Made by a program: the position numbers and the translations under genes
Assembly: GCA_965215335.1 (NCBI GenBank)
Contig: CBDCDA010000002.1
Location: 832,001-896,000, forward strand
DNA from: an uncultured Candidatus Entotheonella sp.
GTDB taxonomy: Bacteria > Tectomicrobia > Entotheonellia > Entotheonellales > Entotheonellaceae
Length of the DNA stretch: 64,000 nt
Direction of reading: 5' to 3'
Shown: positions 1 through 13,898 of the stretch, in pieces
Layout: every line of letters starts with the position of its first letter
Position numbering within the stretch: the stretch's first letter is position 1
Notes under the pieces: model-generated
Seen by the model: only the letters and a program-made list of their open reading frames with translations
Databases searched by the model: none
Told to the model about the DNA's origin: nothing

Positions 1-769
1 CCAGGAGGGCGAAGGAAACTCCACCTTCCAGATTTGGCCCTCATCCGGGACGTACTGGCCAGTGCGGATGCTGGTGATGGCGTACCCCGGGAGGGGGCCA
101 CGCCTTGCCATGCACTTCCCATCAAGTAGCCCGCCGAGCTGGCCAAAGTTGAAGTCGAGGTTGTCGAAGCCGTATTGCTTTCGGCCCTCGGGCAAGTCAT
201 TGACATTGGCCGGGATGACGTGCAGGAAGAATTGCGCCACCGTGTCCGTCCCACTGCACGGTTCCTTGACGTACACGAGACTGTTCTCATGGCGGTCGAA
301 ATATTATCGAATTCAGAACGAATCAGAAGCTCGTCGGGTCCACCTACACCTGTCATTTCATGAATATTCCACTGATAGCTGTCGAACGCCGCGACGCCAG
401 CGTCTGCTTGAAGGAACGGCTGTTTTCCTTGAAAAGCAGCCGCTGTCCGTGAGGCGTACGACAAAATTGGGTAATTTCTCTGATTGGCTATAGATATGAC
501 CTCTCTTTTGCCGGGTATCTTCCGCCTACTGACGAAGTAGTACTCTTGGTCTGCTTTGGGTTTGTCTGTATGTATTTTGTAATCTTTGTCGTAAAAGTAG
601 CTTGTAAAATCAGCAAAAAAATCGTCTATGAGTTTGTACTCATGTTCATCCCCTGTTCTTCTTATTTGGACATACTCCCGCTGATCAAGGAGATGGGTGA
701 TTTCAGAGATCATTTTTTCCTCGGTGTTGCGTAGACTGTGTTGAACAATTGTTTGAAATGAAAAATTGT

Positions 770-2086
770 CAATAGGTCGGACAGAATTTAGGCCGCCCTG
801 TCCGCGATCGTGCCATAGTTGCGAAGGTCTTGGTATTCGGGGCTGGATTTTTCCAGGCTATGTCCCTGGGCTAAATACCGAGAAATTCGCTCAAGTAGGT
901 GTTGGTTGAAGGCGCGACGTTTGACACTCGCCATGGAAAATCCTGCCTGGCTAACGCCGCTTTGCTGCCGAGCTTCCAGTTTGCCCAAACTCATAGCACT
1001 CGTGCTCGCATTGAAGTGAACATGCAGCTTGGCTTGGGAACGCGCTTGACAGGCACTCAGAGACGTAAACTGCTTGGCGTCTCGGAAGAGAAATTCGATC
1101 TGGAAGCGCGCTTTGTAGGCGCGATAGAGGCTGTGCACATCCACGTCGGTATCCGTGCTGAACAGCACCGCCCGCCGGTGAGTGCGGGTATCGACCACGA
1201 GCACCACACGCAGATTGCGCCGAAGATGCACGTGGTTGAGGACTTGGTGATAGAGCACGACGGCGTCGTCTTGGCTCGCTACACGCTCAAAGCGTGTCAG
1301 GTCGTCCCAATGGACCTTGCCGTCATAAGTCTTGGGTCGCCCGGGTCCTGGGCGTCCCGGTCCTTGGTAGAGATAGCGCAGATTGGCGTCACGGCGCAGC
1401 TTGCCAATCTGATGCAGCCCCAGGGCACGAAGTCCGTCAAGGAATTTACGTTTGCTGTAATAGCCGTCCGTTATCACATAGCGTAGATGATGGAGTTGGT
1501 GGCCACAGACCACGCCTCGCAATTGCTCCAGATAGGCATCGATACGGGTGCCTTGCACCTCAGAGGTCTTGTCGCTCGGCGGTGTCTGCTCAACACTGAG
1601 GCCATAGGCGCATCTGTCGGTGAGGTCGAGCCAGGCTATAGCCGAGACTTCCAGACCTTTTTCACTGCGCCGGTGGCCACTATTCCAGAAGGGTTCAAGA
1701 CCATAGGTGTGGTTGCCACTTTTGGGGATGAAGCTGGCATCGATGACCAGAGCCTGTTGATGATCAGGCGGGATGACCTGGGTAATGGCCGCCTTGTTGA
1801 GTGCGACAAAGTCGAAGGGTCGGTCGTACCAGCGCGCAAAGGTGCGCTCGTGATATGGACTGTAGCGGCTGAGATTGCGAAACGTGGCGTGTCCGGGAAG
1901 CATCAGGAGAAGTCCCAAGAGATGGGCGACGAATTTGCGTTGCGGTTTCTTGGTTTGGGCTAAGGTCGGCAGTACACTTTGAAGCAGTCGCACGGGGCGC
2001 CTCCATTCTCAGTTGCGTTGGCTACACAACTATAGAATTGGAGAACCCGTGCGGCTACCTAGCTGTCAAAACTGTCCGAAGTATTG
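770..2086 (-). mobile_element. IS4/IS701-like insertion sequence, intact
   Basis: Imperfect terminal IRs CAATAGGTCGGACAG / CAATACTTCGGACAG. 6-bp target duplication AATTGT at 764-769 and 2087-2092. Long hairpin 1989-2053 covers the start codon. Confidence 0.9.
788..1993 (-). CDS. DDE transposase (IS4/IS701-like)
   Basis: 401-aa ORF with VIDASFIPKSG, ITDGYYS and YKARFQIEFLFRDAKQ motifs, inside the IRs. Confidence 0.9.
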   Translation of the reverse strand: MRLLQSVLPTLAQTKKPQRKFVAHLLGLLLMLPGHATFRNLSRYSPYHERTFARWYDRPFDFVALNKAAITQVIPPDHQQALVIDASFIPKSGNHTYGLEPFWNSGHRRSEKGLEVSAIAWLDLTDRCAYGLSVEQTPPSDKTSEVQGTRIDAYLEQLRGVVCGHQLHHLRYVITDGYYSKRKFLDGLRALGLHQIGKLRRDANLRYLYQGPGRPGPGRPKTYDGKVHWDDLTRFERVASQDDAVVLYHQVLNHVHLRRNLRVVLVVDTRTHRRAVLFSTDTDVDVHSLYRAYKARFQIEFLFRDAKQFTSLSACQARSQAKLHVHFNASTSAMSLGKLEARQQSGVSQAGFSMASVKRRAFNQHLLERISRYLAQGHSLEKSSPEYQDLRNYGTIADRAA

Positions 2087-3102
2087 AATTGTAATAGTTG
2101 CATCCAATAAAGAAAACCATGAAGCTGGTCAATGTAAACGTTGCTGCGTTTGCAAGCGTTCTCGAATACCCTCCGATCGCTTCCAAGATGAATTTGGCAG
2201 AGAAAGCCAGCAGCGTTGTGAAAATGGGAATGAGGACATACCAGTAGCGAAGAACGACGCCCCAGGAGAAGCTGAGGATGAGGAACATACTTACAAATTG
2301 GCCCAGGAGAAACAAGATGAAAACGAGTTCATTGTCGAGTCGCCGGTTAACGATCTTTATGACGACGGCGAGCAGCAACGTGGCCGAGAGAATGACGAAA
2401 CCGGTGGTAATCCAGAGGGACGTATCAACCTGAAATAGTCCTTTACAAATTTCCACCATGTTCTGGATGAACAGGTCCTTGGTTATATCCTGCCCGTAGC
2501 CGACCTTAGTGATTTTTGAGGCTGCGTATACCCTGAGGAAAGTCAAGAAGAAAATTGAGACAAGCGGTATGCCAGCCAGAATCTTCCTCCAGCTATCCCC
2601 CCCCCCCGCCGCCACAAGAGCAAGGCATAGTAGGAGACCAGCATCCAAGCACAAACTGCGACGTTGACCTCTTTGGACAAAGAGAGGCCGAGACAGCCCA
2701 GACAGAACAGGCCGTATTTCAGAAGCGCCGATCGGGTCCATCTCCCGTTGCCTTCACCCAAAAGCATGAGCGCTGCCATCCAATTGCACAGGCCGAGGAA
2801 GAACACCGTATGAACTTCCTGGGTAGACAGCCGGGAAGCCGGCGAGTTCGGGAAGAAGAGCCAGAGATACACCAGTAAGCCAAGCGGCAGGAGCGGCAAT
2901 GGGTGGTAAACCCTGCCGCGCTCGGCGGGAACTGAAAAATACCCTCCCACTTGTTTCAATAGACAGAGAAAGGATGCCGCAAACATGAAGACCGAGCTAA
3001 AGTGGACTACCCACCTGCTCAGATGATGCAACCATGGAGTTACGCCGAAGACTTTCCACGCGACCGCATCGGAGAAGACCCGAAGAGGCCAGTATCTCCA
3101 GA

Positions 3103-3134
3103 GGTCCGAATACGGGTCCGAATACGGGTCCGAA
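3103..3134. repeat. 12-bp tandem repeat (GGTCCGAATACG x2.7) encoding SDPY-SDPY-SD
   Basis: Directly visible and in frame within the D gene. Confidence 0.8.
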
Positions 3135-3334
3135 CTCAGGAACTCGTGATAGAGCCAGCCAAGGAACTGTTCTGAACTGTCGAGTATCTGGACATGCCTC
3201 CAGGACTTGTAGTCATCAGTCAGGGCAAACGGGGTAGTCAGTGAGTAATAAAGTACCGGAATGAGCAACAGGGCCGGAACAGCGAAGAGTACGACCTTCA
3301 GATTTCGGGAGTGGAAGTCTGGAGATATCATTTA

Positions 3335-3575
3335 GGCTCAGGACTCATAACCAGGAGATGACCATGACAGCAAGGCAGATGGCACTGAAAAAGGTGTGCG
3401 CACACCAGTCATAGCGCGTGGCGATGCGACGCCAGTCCTTGAGACGACCAAATAGACGCTCAATGAGGTTACGACTCTTGTATAGCTCGCGGTCATGGAC
3501 AGTCGGCTCTTTACGATTGACACGGCCCGGAGTATACGACGCAATGCCTCGCTTGGCAAGCGCCTAGCGCAACCG
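3335..3575 (-). mobile_element. IS5-family transposase 3' remnant
   Basis: Manual translation ALAKRGIASYTPGRVNRKEPTVHDRELYKSRNLIERLFGRLKDWRRIATRYD...WL*, followed by the end sequence TGAGTCCTGAGCC. Confidence 0.8.
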
Positions 3576-3579
3576 GTTG

Positions 3580-4045
3580 CTGAGGACGTGGGTGACGGCA
3601 TTCTCCATTCCCGATCCATGCCACAATAGAAAGGGCCGCAGATGGGCAAGAAATACCGCGGCCAGTCCGGTCAGGGCGCCCCCAGCAGAAAAGTTGCCAC
3701 AATCGTCTGCGCCTCGGCACGGGCGGCGTAACTGACGCCGGTGGTGCGTATATCGCGGCGTAAAGGAAGAACTGCACCGGCGCCGAATAACCCTCGACCC
3801 GGCCGCCGGAGGGGTTGACCCCGATGAACCCGTACTCCACCAGATTCTTGGCGTGGCTCATCGTTGATCACCCCGTCGTCGTGGACCCGATGCAGCCCAT
3901 CCTCAATGCCCGAATATGCCCACCCGAAGATCAGGACGAACAGCAATCCGCCCAGCAACGAGGCCAGGAGTGTCCGCTGCGTCGGACCTGAGTATGACAT
4001 GGACGTGCCGGAGAGGATTGGGAGAAAGGTCGTTCGATTGATCAT
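3580..4045 (-). pseudogene. AftB-like GT-C glycosyltransferase N-terminal fragment ('C')
   Basis: Pieces in shifting frames (VHDDGVI / MSHAKNLVEYGFIGVNPSGGRVEGYS / LLWHGSGMENAV) parallel [25 protein letters not shown] and WTSGGGLET of the A genes. Truncated by the IS5 remnant. Confidence 0.7.
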
Positions 4046-4118
4046 ATTGTTCCTTGGTACAGCGGCCGGTCGCCGCGACAGCGCGGAGGCGAACCGGGGC
4101 GAGACGCCAACCACAGTG

Positions 4119-5720
4119 CTACATGCCCCACACGACGACCGTTCGACCGTCCTGGCGCACCTCGCGGCAGAACACCTTCTCCTCCCAACGCCTCCCTGGC
4201 GTGCGGTCGAAGACGATCAGGTGGCCTGTCTCGCTCCCGCAACGGTCCATGTAGCGCAGCGTCTGTTCAAGGCCCTTGCCGATGATTCCATCAAGGCTAT
4301 GGCGTTGCCGTTCGTGCAAGACCTTGCACTCGACGACGAACTTGCTCCACAGGTCCGACGGGCCGCCCTCGCCCCGGGGCCAGAGGATCAGCAGGTCGGT
4401 GCGCCCTCTTCCCAGACCGTACTCCCGCTCGATGCGCCCGCCGCCGTTCACCACCCGCTGCAGGAACGCTTGCAGAATGAGTTGCGGCCCCGCCTCCTGG
4501 TACTCGAACCGTTCCAGCCAGTGCTCGGAATGCTCACGGAAGAACGACTGGAAGGCGGCCAGTAGCCTGTCGAGATTCAGGCTGCCGTCAGCGTTCACGT
4601 ACCAGGCCACTTCCTGGTCCAGGCTGTCCTGGAGCACGTAGCCCAGCTCGCGCGGCACCACCTCGGCATAGATGGGATTGGCGATGCGCGGCGGAGAACT
4701 CTGGGCGACCAGCCCCAGATCGCGGGCGTAGACGAGGTCACGAAGATGGTAGCGGGGCTCGTCGTCGCCGCTCAGCAGAGGCTCAATGACGCGCCGCACG
4801 CGCGCCTCACCGAGCTTGTGGGCGAGTTGGTCGAGGTGGGTGCGCCGGCTGAGAATCAGCCGCTCGCGGGCATCCAGGACGTCGGCGGCAGCGACGGCGC
4901 GCGAGCGGTCGCGGCCGGCCTCGTTATCGAAACAGGCATCGGCGCAGAGCGCGTTCACGAGCCAGGGTTGGCCTTGCGTCTGCGTCCACACCGTCGCCAG
5001 TGCCTCCGGCGTGAACGCCTGCCCGGTCTCGGCGGTGTGCTGTGCCAGCAACGCGCGCGTCTCGGCCTCGGTCAAGTCGCCGAGGCGCAACGACTTGGCC
5101 GCCACGTTGAACGGACTGCCACCGGCGATGATCTCCCCGGAGCTGGAGCGGATGCGGTAGTCCTGGATGTCGCGTACCCCGCACAACACGACGCTCTGCG
5201 GAAAGCCCTCGGGACGCTGCTCGTAACCGGCGCGCAACTGCCGGAGCACCGACAGCAGGGTATCGCCGACGAGGGAGTCGATCTCGTCGACCAGCAGCAC
5301 CAGCGGCCTCGGGTCGGCCATGCACCAGCGGGTCAACGCCGCTCCGAGTGCACGACCCGGGCCGGATTTGCCCAGGATGTCCAGCCAAGTCTCGTCCAGG
5401 AACCCGTCGCCGGAGAACAACGCATTGTCGGCCAGTTCCCCAAGAATGGTGCGCATCGCGCCGCTCAGGTCTTCGCGGTGCGCCTGGGCGGCCTCGACGT
5501 TCACGTACACGCATCGGAAGCCGCCTGCTTCGCCGCGGTTCAGCAGGTCCTTCAGCGCCAGGAGGGCGGAGGTCTTGCCCGTCTGCCGGGGCGCATGCAA
5601 CGCGAAGTACCGCTTGCGCCGGATCATGTCCAGGATCTGGTCGAGGTCGACCCGTTCCAGCGGCGGAACGTGGTAATGGTCCTCGGGGCGGATGGGGCCT
5701 TCGGTGTTAAATCTGCGCAT
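4119..5720 (-). CDS. AAA-like ATPase with C-terminal PD-(D/E)XK nuclease-like domain
   Basis: Start MRRFNTEGP, Walker A APRQTGKT, Walker B LLVDEID, C-terminal REY..GRGRTDLLI...VVECK. Confidence 0.85.
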   Translation of the reverse strand: MRRFNTEGPIRPEDHYHVPPLERVDLDQILDMIRRKRYFALHAPRQTGKTSALLALKDLLNRGEAGGFRCVYVNVEAAQAHREDLSGAMRTILGELADNALFSGDGFLDETWLDILGKSGPGRALGAALTRWCMADPRPLVLLVDEIDSLVGDTLLSVLRQLRAGYEQRPEGFPQSVVLCGVRDIQDYRIRSSSGEIIAGGSPFNVAAKSLRLGDLTEAETRALLAQHTAETGQAFTPEALATVWTQTQGQPWLVNALCADACFDNEAGRDRSRAVAAADVLDARERLILSRRTHLDQLAHKLGEARVRRVIEPLLSGDDEPRYHLRDLVYARDLGLVAQSSPPRIANPIYAEVVPRELGYVLQDSLDQEVAWYVNADGSLNLDRLLAAFQSFFREHSEHWLERFEYQEAGPQLILQAFLQRVVNGGGRIEREYGLGRGRTDLLILWPRGEGGPSDLWSKFVVECKVLHERQRHSLDGIIGKGLEQTLRYMDRCGSETGHLIVFDRTPGRRWEEKVFCREVRQDGRTVVVWGM

Positions 5721-5890
5721 CGGTCGAATATGCACCTCTATCGTACGCACCCATACAGCTCATCCCTACCCGACAGTGGCATCAACACGAGTAAACCATG
5801 TTCCCGATCTCGTTTGTAAACGATGTTCGGCTTGCACAACTTATCGTTGATGGTTCCGTAGACAGGTCAGACAGACAAACGAAAACCGCT

Positions 5891-8465
<2,575 letters not shown>

Positions 8466-11007
8466 TGGGGAAGATCCTCCACGCTGCGCCGCGTCAGCAT
8501 GACGTGGTCGAGCATGATGTGTCCCCAGCCGCCGGTTTCGTCGTCGAACAGTTCCAACTGTAGACGCTCGCCGGCGACATCGGCCAAGGGATGGACGATC
8601 TGCCTGAACCGCTCGGTATTCCTGCCCCGCCAGACCGCGACTTCGTCACCGTCGGCCAACAGGCGCAGACCGACACCGCCACCCTCTCCGCCGGCGATCA
8701 GGAAGGTGAGATATTGGCCAGGCTCGGCAGTGAACGCCGGCGACAGCGCCCGCCCAGTCACCCGGTCTCCCTTGTCGGGGTGATAGCTCGTCAGGAAGCC
8801 TTGGCCCGTGTTGCCGCTGATCGGCTGCTGGCCTTTGTAATGCTCGTGTTGGGCATGGTTGACGACCGCTTCGCCCACCGGAAGCCAGCCGTCGAATCCG
8901 TCTTCGAAGTAGCCAATAAACTGCTCGCCAACGTAGAGATGACCGCCGAAACGCCATAAACTGCCTTCCCAGATGCGGCCCTCGCCGGGGACGTACTGGC
9001 CGGTTCTGATTGCCGCGATGTCGTAGTCTGGCAGCCTTCGACTCACCAGGCAGATACCTCCCTCAATGCGGCTGTATTTCCTGAAACTGAAGTCGAGGTT
9101 GTCGAAGCCGTACTGCTTGCGATGGTCGGGGAGGTCATCCACGTCAACCGGGTCGAGGTGCAGGAAGAACATTGCCTCAACGTCATCCTGTTCGCACCGC
9201 TCCTTCACATAGACGAGGCTGTTTTCGATGAGGTACACGTCGAACGTGGAGGAGATTGCCGGCTGGCTGTCTTCGATCAGTTCTGCAAGGTCCTCTGAAA
9301 AATAGTCGTGCACCCGCAAGCCTCGTCCGACAAAACGGTCGAAAACCCACTGTCGGTCGGGGGAGTCAAAGGACATCCATAGAGACGGACCGACCTTCAC
9401 GGCGTATAGGGCGCGCTCCAACGCCTGGGATTTGCTGGATGCCGGCGGGTATATGATGAAATTGACGCCTCGTTCTTCAAGGTATCCCGGTGGTGGCTGA
9501 CGGTCGTGGGCGATGACGCGCCGGTGGTTGGGTTTCGCGACAGGATTGCGCGCCACCGTCGCGTCGGTCAAGCCGAATATGTCGATGACTTTCAGGTCGG
9601 GAAGGTAGTAGAACCGGATGCCGAGCGCACCGCCGGCCATCAGGGCGTCATCAGGGATTATCCCTCGCTCCATAGTCTCGTACGGCTTCCAATTTCGTAG
9701 TTGCATGTTTGCGAACTCACGGTGTTCCGTAAAACGCGAAGCGACAGCTTGAACGGAAGCCAGGCGGCGCAGATCGTTGGAGATGGCGACGAGCATCCGC
9801 ATGCCCGGCGCGTCGAGGAGCCACCCCGCATTGTCGTCATCGAGCTCTATGTGCAACTTGTAAGTCAGTTTCCTTGTTTGTATTTGCGCGCCCTCGAAGC
9901 AGAGGGCGATCTGAATCGCATTGGCGTAGAACAAGACCGGCACAAAGAGGACGATCGCACACGTCTGTGCGCCCATCGAAAGACGCAAGGCGGGTAGTCG
10001 CAGCCACCGGCAGGAAGCAATCCGCGAGCCGAGATGGACGATTCCCATGGAGGCCGGGAGAGCCAGTAGCGGCCAATAGAAATCCAGCGGGCGATACTCG
10101 AAATGGTCCCCGCCGATCCGCATCACATAGGCCATGTGCGCGACGACCAGAAGCAGAATGAGCGTGAAGGACCCATCTCGATGTTTGCGCCAACGCTGCC
10201 GCAGCGCGACCCACGCCAACGGAATCAGAAGGTACAACCCCGTCTCCAGCGCCGCCGCCCACAGATAGCGAAATCCGGATTCGTACCAGGGCCGCACATG
10301 CTTGGCGTAATACGTGTTGGGCAGCCACTCGCCGTAGTAGGCGTAGCGGAAGAGGTAGTGTGCAGCTACCAGGACGACAAAAGGTGCTGCCAGATACATC
10401 AATCGTCTCGCCAGTCCGGTTGCGGGGCATCCAGTGTCTGCCATCCGCTGGATGACGAACCAGCCGAAACACAAGGCCGCTATCAGCGAGCCCTCGGGCC
10501 GGGTGTAGGCGGCTGCAGCCAAGCTCACCGACGCCGCCACCAATCCCCAGCGGTTGCTCCGGTAGAGACTCAGGCAGACAACGGCCAGAACGACGAAAAA
10601 GGTGAATTGCCGTGTTTCCAGCCCGCCTCCTGAAGTCCACACCGCGAAGGTCGCACTGGAGCACACGAGGCCGAAGGCCATCCATGCGACCAGAGTCCGC
10701 TGATGCAGCACTGGAAGGCGTATGATCCACCACGTCATCACGGCGATGGTGCCGGCGGTGAAAGCGACCGACAGCCACGGCGCCGCATACTCGGGAGCGA
10801 TCCCCAGCCCTTTCCATATCGCCGCCAGTTCCAGCACCCACAAGAAGTTGGAATAACCCTCGACGTATTCGCCGGGGTTGAATACCAAGCCGTGGCCCTC
10901 CAGCAGATTGCGAGCGTAGCGGAAGCTGATGAAGGCGTCGTCGCACAGGAACCAGGCGACTGCGGCGAGCCAGCCCAGCAGTGCCAACCACGGCATATGC
11001 AGCAGGA

Positions 11008-13884
11008 TTACTCCGGTTTTTCGGAGGGCCTTCTTTTCCATTGGGGAAGATCCTCCACGCTGCGCCGCGTCAGCATGACGTGGTCGAGCATGATGTGTCC
11101 CCAGCCGCCGGTTTCGTCGTCGAACAGTTCCAACTGTAGACGCTCGCCGGCGACATCGGCCAAGGGATGGACGATCTGCCTGAACCGCTCGGTATTCCTG
11201 CCCCGCCAGACCGCGACTTCGTCACCGTCGGCCAACAGGCGCAGACCGACACCGCCACCCTCTCCGCCGGCGATCAGGAAGGTAAGATATTGGCCAGGCT
11301 CGGCAGTGAACGCCGGCGACAGCGCCCGCCCAGTCACCCGGTCTCCCTTGTCGGGGTGATAGCTCGTCAGGAAGCCTTGGCCCGTGTTGCCGCTGATCGG
11401 CTGCTGGCCTTTGTAATGCTCGTGTTGGGCATGATTGACGACCGCTTCGCCCACCGGAAGCCAGCCGTCGAATCCGTCTTCGAAGTAGCCAATAAACTGC
11501 TCGCCAACGTAGAGATGACCGCCGAAACGCCATTGACCGTCCAAGAGCATTTTTCCAGGTGCCCTCATGAAACTGCCTTCCCAGATGCGGCCCTCGCCGG
11601 GGACGTACTGGCCGGTCCTGATTTCGGCGATGTCGTATTGCGGGAGAGGGACCTTCGCCAAGCATATCCCACCGAGTTTCGCGCCGTACCGACCAAAGCT
11701 AAAGTCCAGGTTGTCAAAGCCGTGTTGTTTGCGATGGCCGGGGAGGTCGTTCACGTCAACCGGAGCCGGGTGGAGGAAGAACTTGGCGGCAGTATCTACC
11801 TCTACGCATTGCTCCTTGACGTATATGAGGCGGTTCTCGGTGAGATACACGTCGAACTCGGACTGGATGATCGGCTGATGGTCGCCGACCAGCTTTGCTA
11901 GGTAATCGCTCGCCGTCATTGCCTCGACCCGGACCGGGGGAAGGGCATCGTGGGGCAGCACGAGGGCGTCCACGCATAACCCCGGCATGCAATCTTTGGC
12001 TTTGGTTGCCATTTCTTCCCTTTGCCCGACCCAGGACCACACGATCAGTTCGTCCGGCGCGCCGTTCCTGACGAAGACCTGCGCCAACCGGCCGTCGACG
12101 AGGACGCCGATGTCGTCCGAACTGTAGGCGAAGTGTGGCTCCATTCGCTCCCAGAACCAAGCGGCAGAGTCAGCACTTCCAACGGCTTGGAAGGAGACAA
12201 GCTTGAACCTGATTTCGTTGCTACCATCGGGGTATGAAGCGCCCGCAAAAAGCGTATTATCGAAGTCAACTTCAGCCCTCATAGCATTGGCCAAGTGTGT
12301 TATCCGAAATTCTCTTCTGTAGAACGGCCTGAGTGCAAACTTACGGCGGATGTATCTGTCTGGATCTCCCGTTGTCACACGATGATAATCGTAGGAATTG
12401 GCCAAGCCGTCAAGGTTCACCACCGGAAAGCGCGAGAAGTACCCGATAACGCCGGCGTCCCACGACCCAATCACGCTGTCTTCGGGAAGCAAATGATCCA
12501 TAACCTGCACGCCCATGTAAGAAGTAGTCTCCCATTCGCGCCAGGACGACTCGCTCGCCCCGTCAACGTACCGGAAGGGGTAGGTGAAATCCGCCTTTTC
12601 CAGAAGGAAAGCCGCGCCGAAAATGACAATGCCCGCGCTTACGATGTTTGCCGCTTTGGGCAACCTCGCTCCAATGAAACGGTGGATGAGATGGATAGCG
12701 ACAAAGCACCTTAATGGAACGATCAGCGCCATCATCAGGTACGCCGGGACGAAATACCAGTCATACCTTCCCCAAGCAGGATGTATGGTGAGAACGGTCT
12801 GTGCGAACTTGGCCAGATGACCGGCCGCCAGGCCGAACACGCCCACAAGGAAGGCCAGCAGCAGCCAATCTCCCTGGCTCTTGGAGCGTCGGACGGACCA
12901 CCAGACCAGCAGCAGATAGGCGCAGACCTCCAGCGCAACCAGCCACTCGTAGTCGAAGACGTAAATCTGCAATACGTCCCGAAAGTTCCGGGCGAAGCTG
13001 TACCCGCCTTCCTGCCCAAACCTTATCTGTGACCAGACCTGCTTGGTCGCGCCGCTGACCGGCACGAGGCCGCCGAAGACGAGCTTGTTGTAGGCGAAGT
13101 ATGCCAGGATGCCCGCCGCTGCGGCGAGAGATGGAACGACTGCCTTGAGGGCGAATATGGAACGAGAACGATGCAGCCGGGGACGGCCTTGCCATGACCA
13201 CTCAATGAGGCACAATGCCGCTGTCGCTGCCAGCGATATGGCGACGTACTCCAGGCGCACCCAGGGCAGGGCAAAGGCGATGGTGACCAGCAGCCAGCGA
13301 TACCGCGCCGGATTGCGCGCGTAGAGGCATAACGCCAGTATCAGCAAGCCGAGCATGAACAGCGCAGCAGCCGCTTCCAACCCTTTGAATAAAGCGTGCA
13401 TTTGGTAGGATGCCGGCAGAGCGAACAGCAACAGAATCCAGGGCAGCCGCGCCAGACGGGCGGCAACGGCGACGAGGGCGACGCCGCCAGCGGTGAGCAT
13501 GATCTCGAACGCCTTGATGCCGAACAGCGCGGTCTCCTTATCGAATACCCAGTAGAATGGCGTGATCAGAAACAGCCAGATCGGGTGATATCCGTTGGTC
13601 CGGGTAATGCCGCCGTCAAAAGTCGAGAATTTTCCCTTGGCCAGGTTGCTGGCGATCTGGAAGTAGTAGAAGGAATCATCGCCGTTTACGTCGCGGATAA
13701 GATTGATGAGATTGAAGCTGGCGAGCATGTGCCAGGCGAACGCGCCTCCATACGTCAGGATACCGCCGAGAAACAGGGCGAACAGCGTGTTATGCAGCCG
13801 AGTGGATATCACCCCTCCCCCGCCACCGGTCATATCCAGCCAACGGGCGGCCAGGGCGCGCCAGCGGTTAGTCGTCATGGTCAT
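11008..13884 (-). CDS. GT-C glycosyltransferase B2 (TM + divergent X + Y), 958 aa
   Basis: AGGAGG RBS before ATG 13884. DDSFYYFQIASNLAKG...TNGYHPIW loop, WDAGVIGYFS...VVNLDGL motif, multiple TMs. Confidence 0.8.
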   Translation of the reverse strand: MTMTTNRWRALAARWLDMTGGGGGVISTRLHNTLFALFLGGILTYGGAFAWHMLASFNLINLIRDVNGDDSFYYFQIASNLAKGKFSTFDGGITRTNGYHPIWLFLITPFYWVFDKETALFGIKAFEIMLTAGGVALVAVAARLARLPWILLLFALPASYQMHALFKGLEAAAALFMLGLLILALCLYARNPARYRWLLVTIAFALPWVRLEYVAISLAATAALCLIEWSWQGRPRLHRSRSIFALKAVVPSLAAAAGILAYFAYNKLVFGGLVPVSGATKQVWSQIRFGQEGGYSFARNFRDVLQIYVFDYEWLVALEVCAYLLLVWWSVRRSKSQGDWLLLAFLVGVFGLAAGHLAKFAQTVLTIHPAWGRYDWYFVPAYLMMALIVPLRCFVAIHLIHRFIGARLPKAANIVSAGIVIFGAAFLLEKADFTYPFRYVDGASESSWREWETTSYMGVQVMDHLLPEDSVIGSWDAGVIGYFSRFPVVNLDGLANSYDYHRVTTGDPDRYIRRKFALRPFYRREFRITHLANAMRAEVDFDNTLFAGASYPDGSNEIRFKLVSFQAVGSADSAAWFWERMEPHFAYSSDDIGVLVDGRLAQVFVRNGAPDELIVWSWVGQREEMATKAKDCMPGLCVDALVLPHDALPPVRVEAMTASDYLAKLVGDHQPIIQSEFDVYLTENRLIYVKEQCVEVDTAAKFFLHPAPVDVNDLPGHRKQHGFDNLDFSFGRYGAKLGGICLAKVPLPQYDIAEIRTGQYVPGEGRIWEGSFMRAPGKMLLDGQWRFGGHLYVGEQFIGYFEDGFDGWLPVGEAVVNHAQHEHYKGQQPISGNTGQGFLTSYHPDKGDRVTGRALSPAFTAEPGQYLTFLIAGGEGGGVGLRLLADGDEVAVWRGRNTERFRQIVHPLADVAGERLQLELFDDETGGWGHIMLDHVMLTRRSVEDLPQWKRRPSEKPE

Positions 13885-13898
13885 ATGATTCCTCCTGA

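Larger units (their letters stand above)
1..3331 (-). pseudogene. GT-C-type membrane glycosyltransferase ('D') with C-terminal module X; frameshifted and IS-interrupted, runs off the window start
   Basis: ORF 2543-3331 (early TM then LTDD motif) joins ORF 2055-2741 by a frameshift at G11 (2597-2607). Removing the IS at 770-2086 and one TSD restores the frame (CNYYN|FSFQTIVQHSLRN...) open to ~303. A 1-nt shift then leads into [15 protein letters not shown]...FFLH...GFDNLDF...IRTGQY (module X). Confidence 0.8.
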
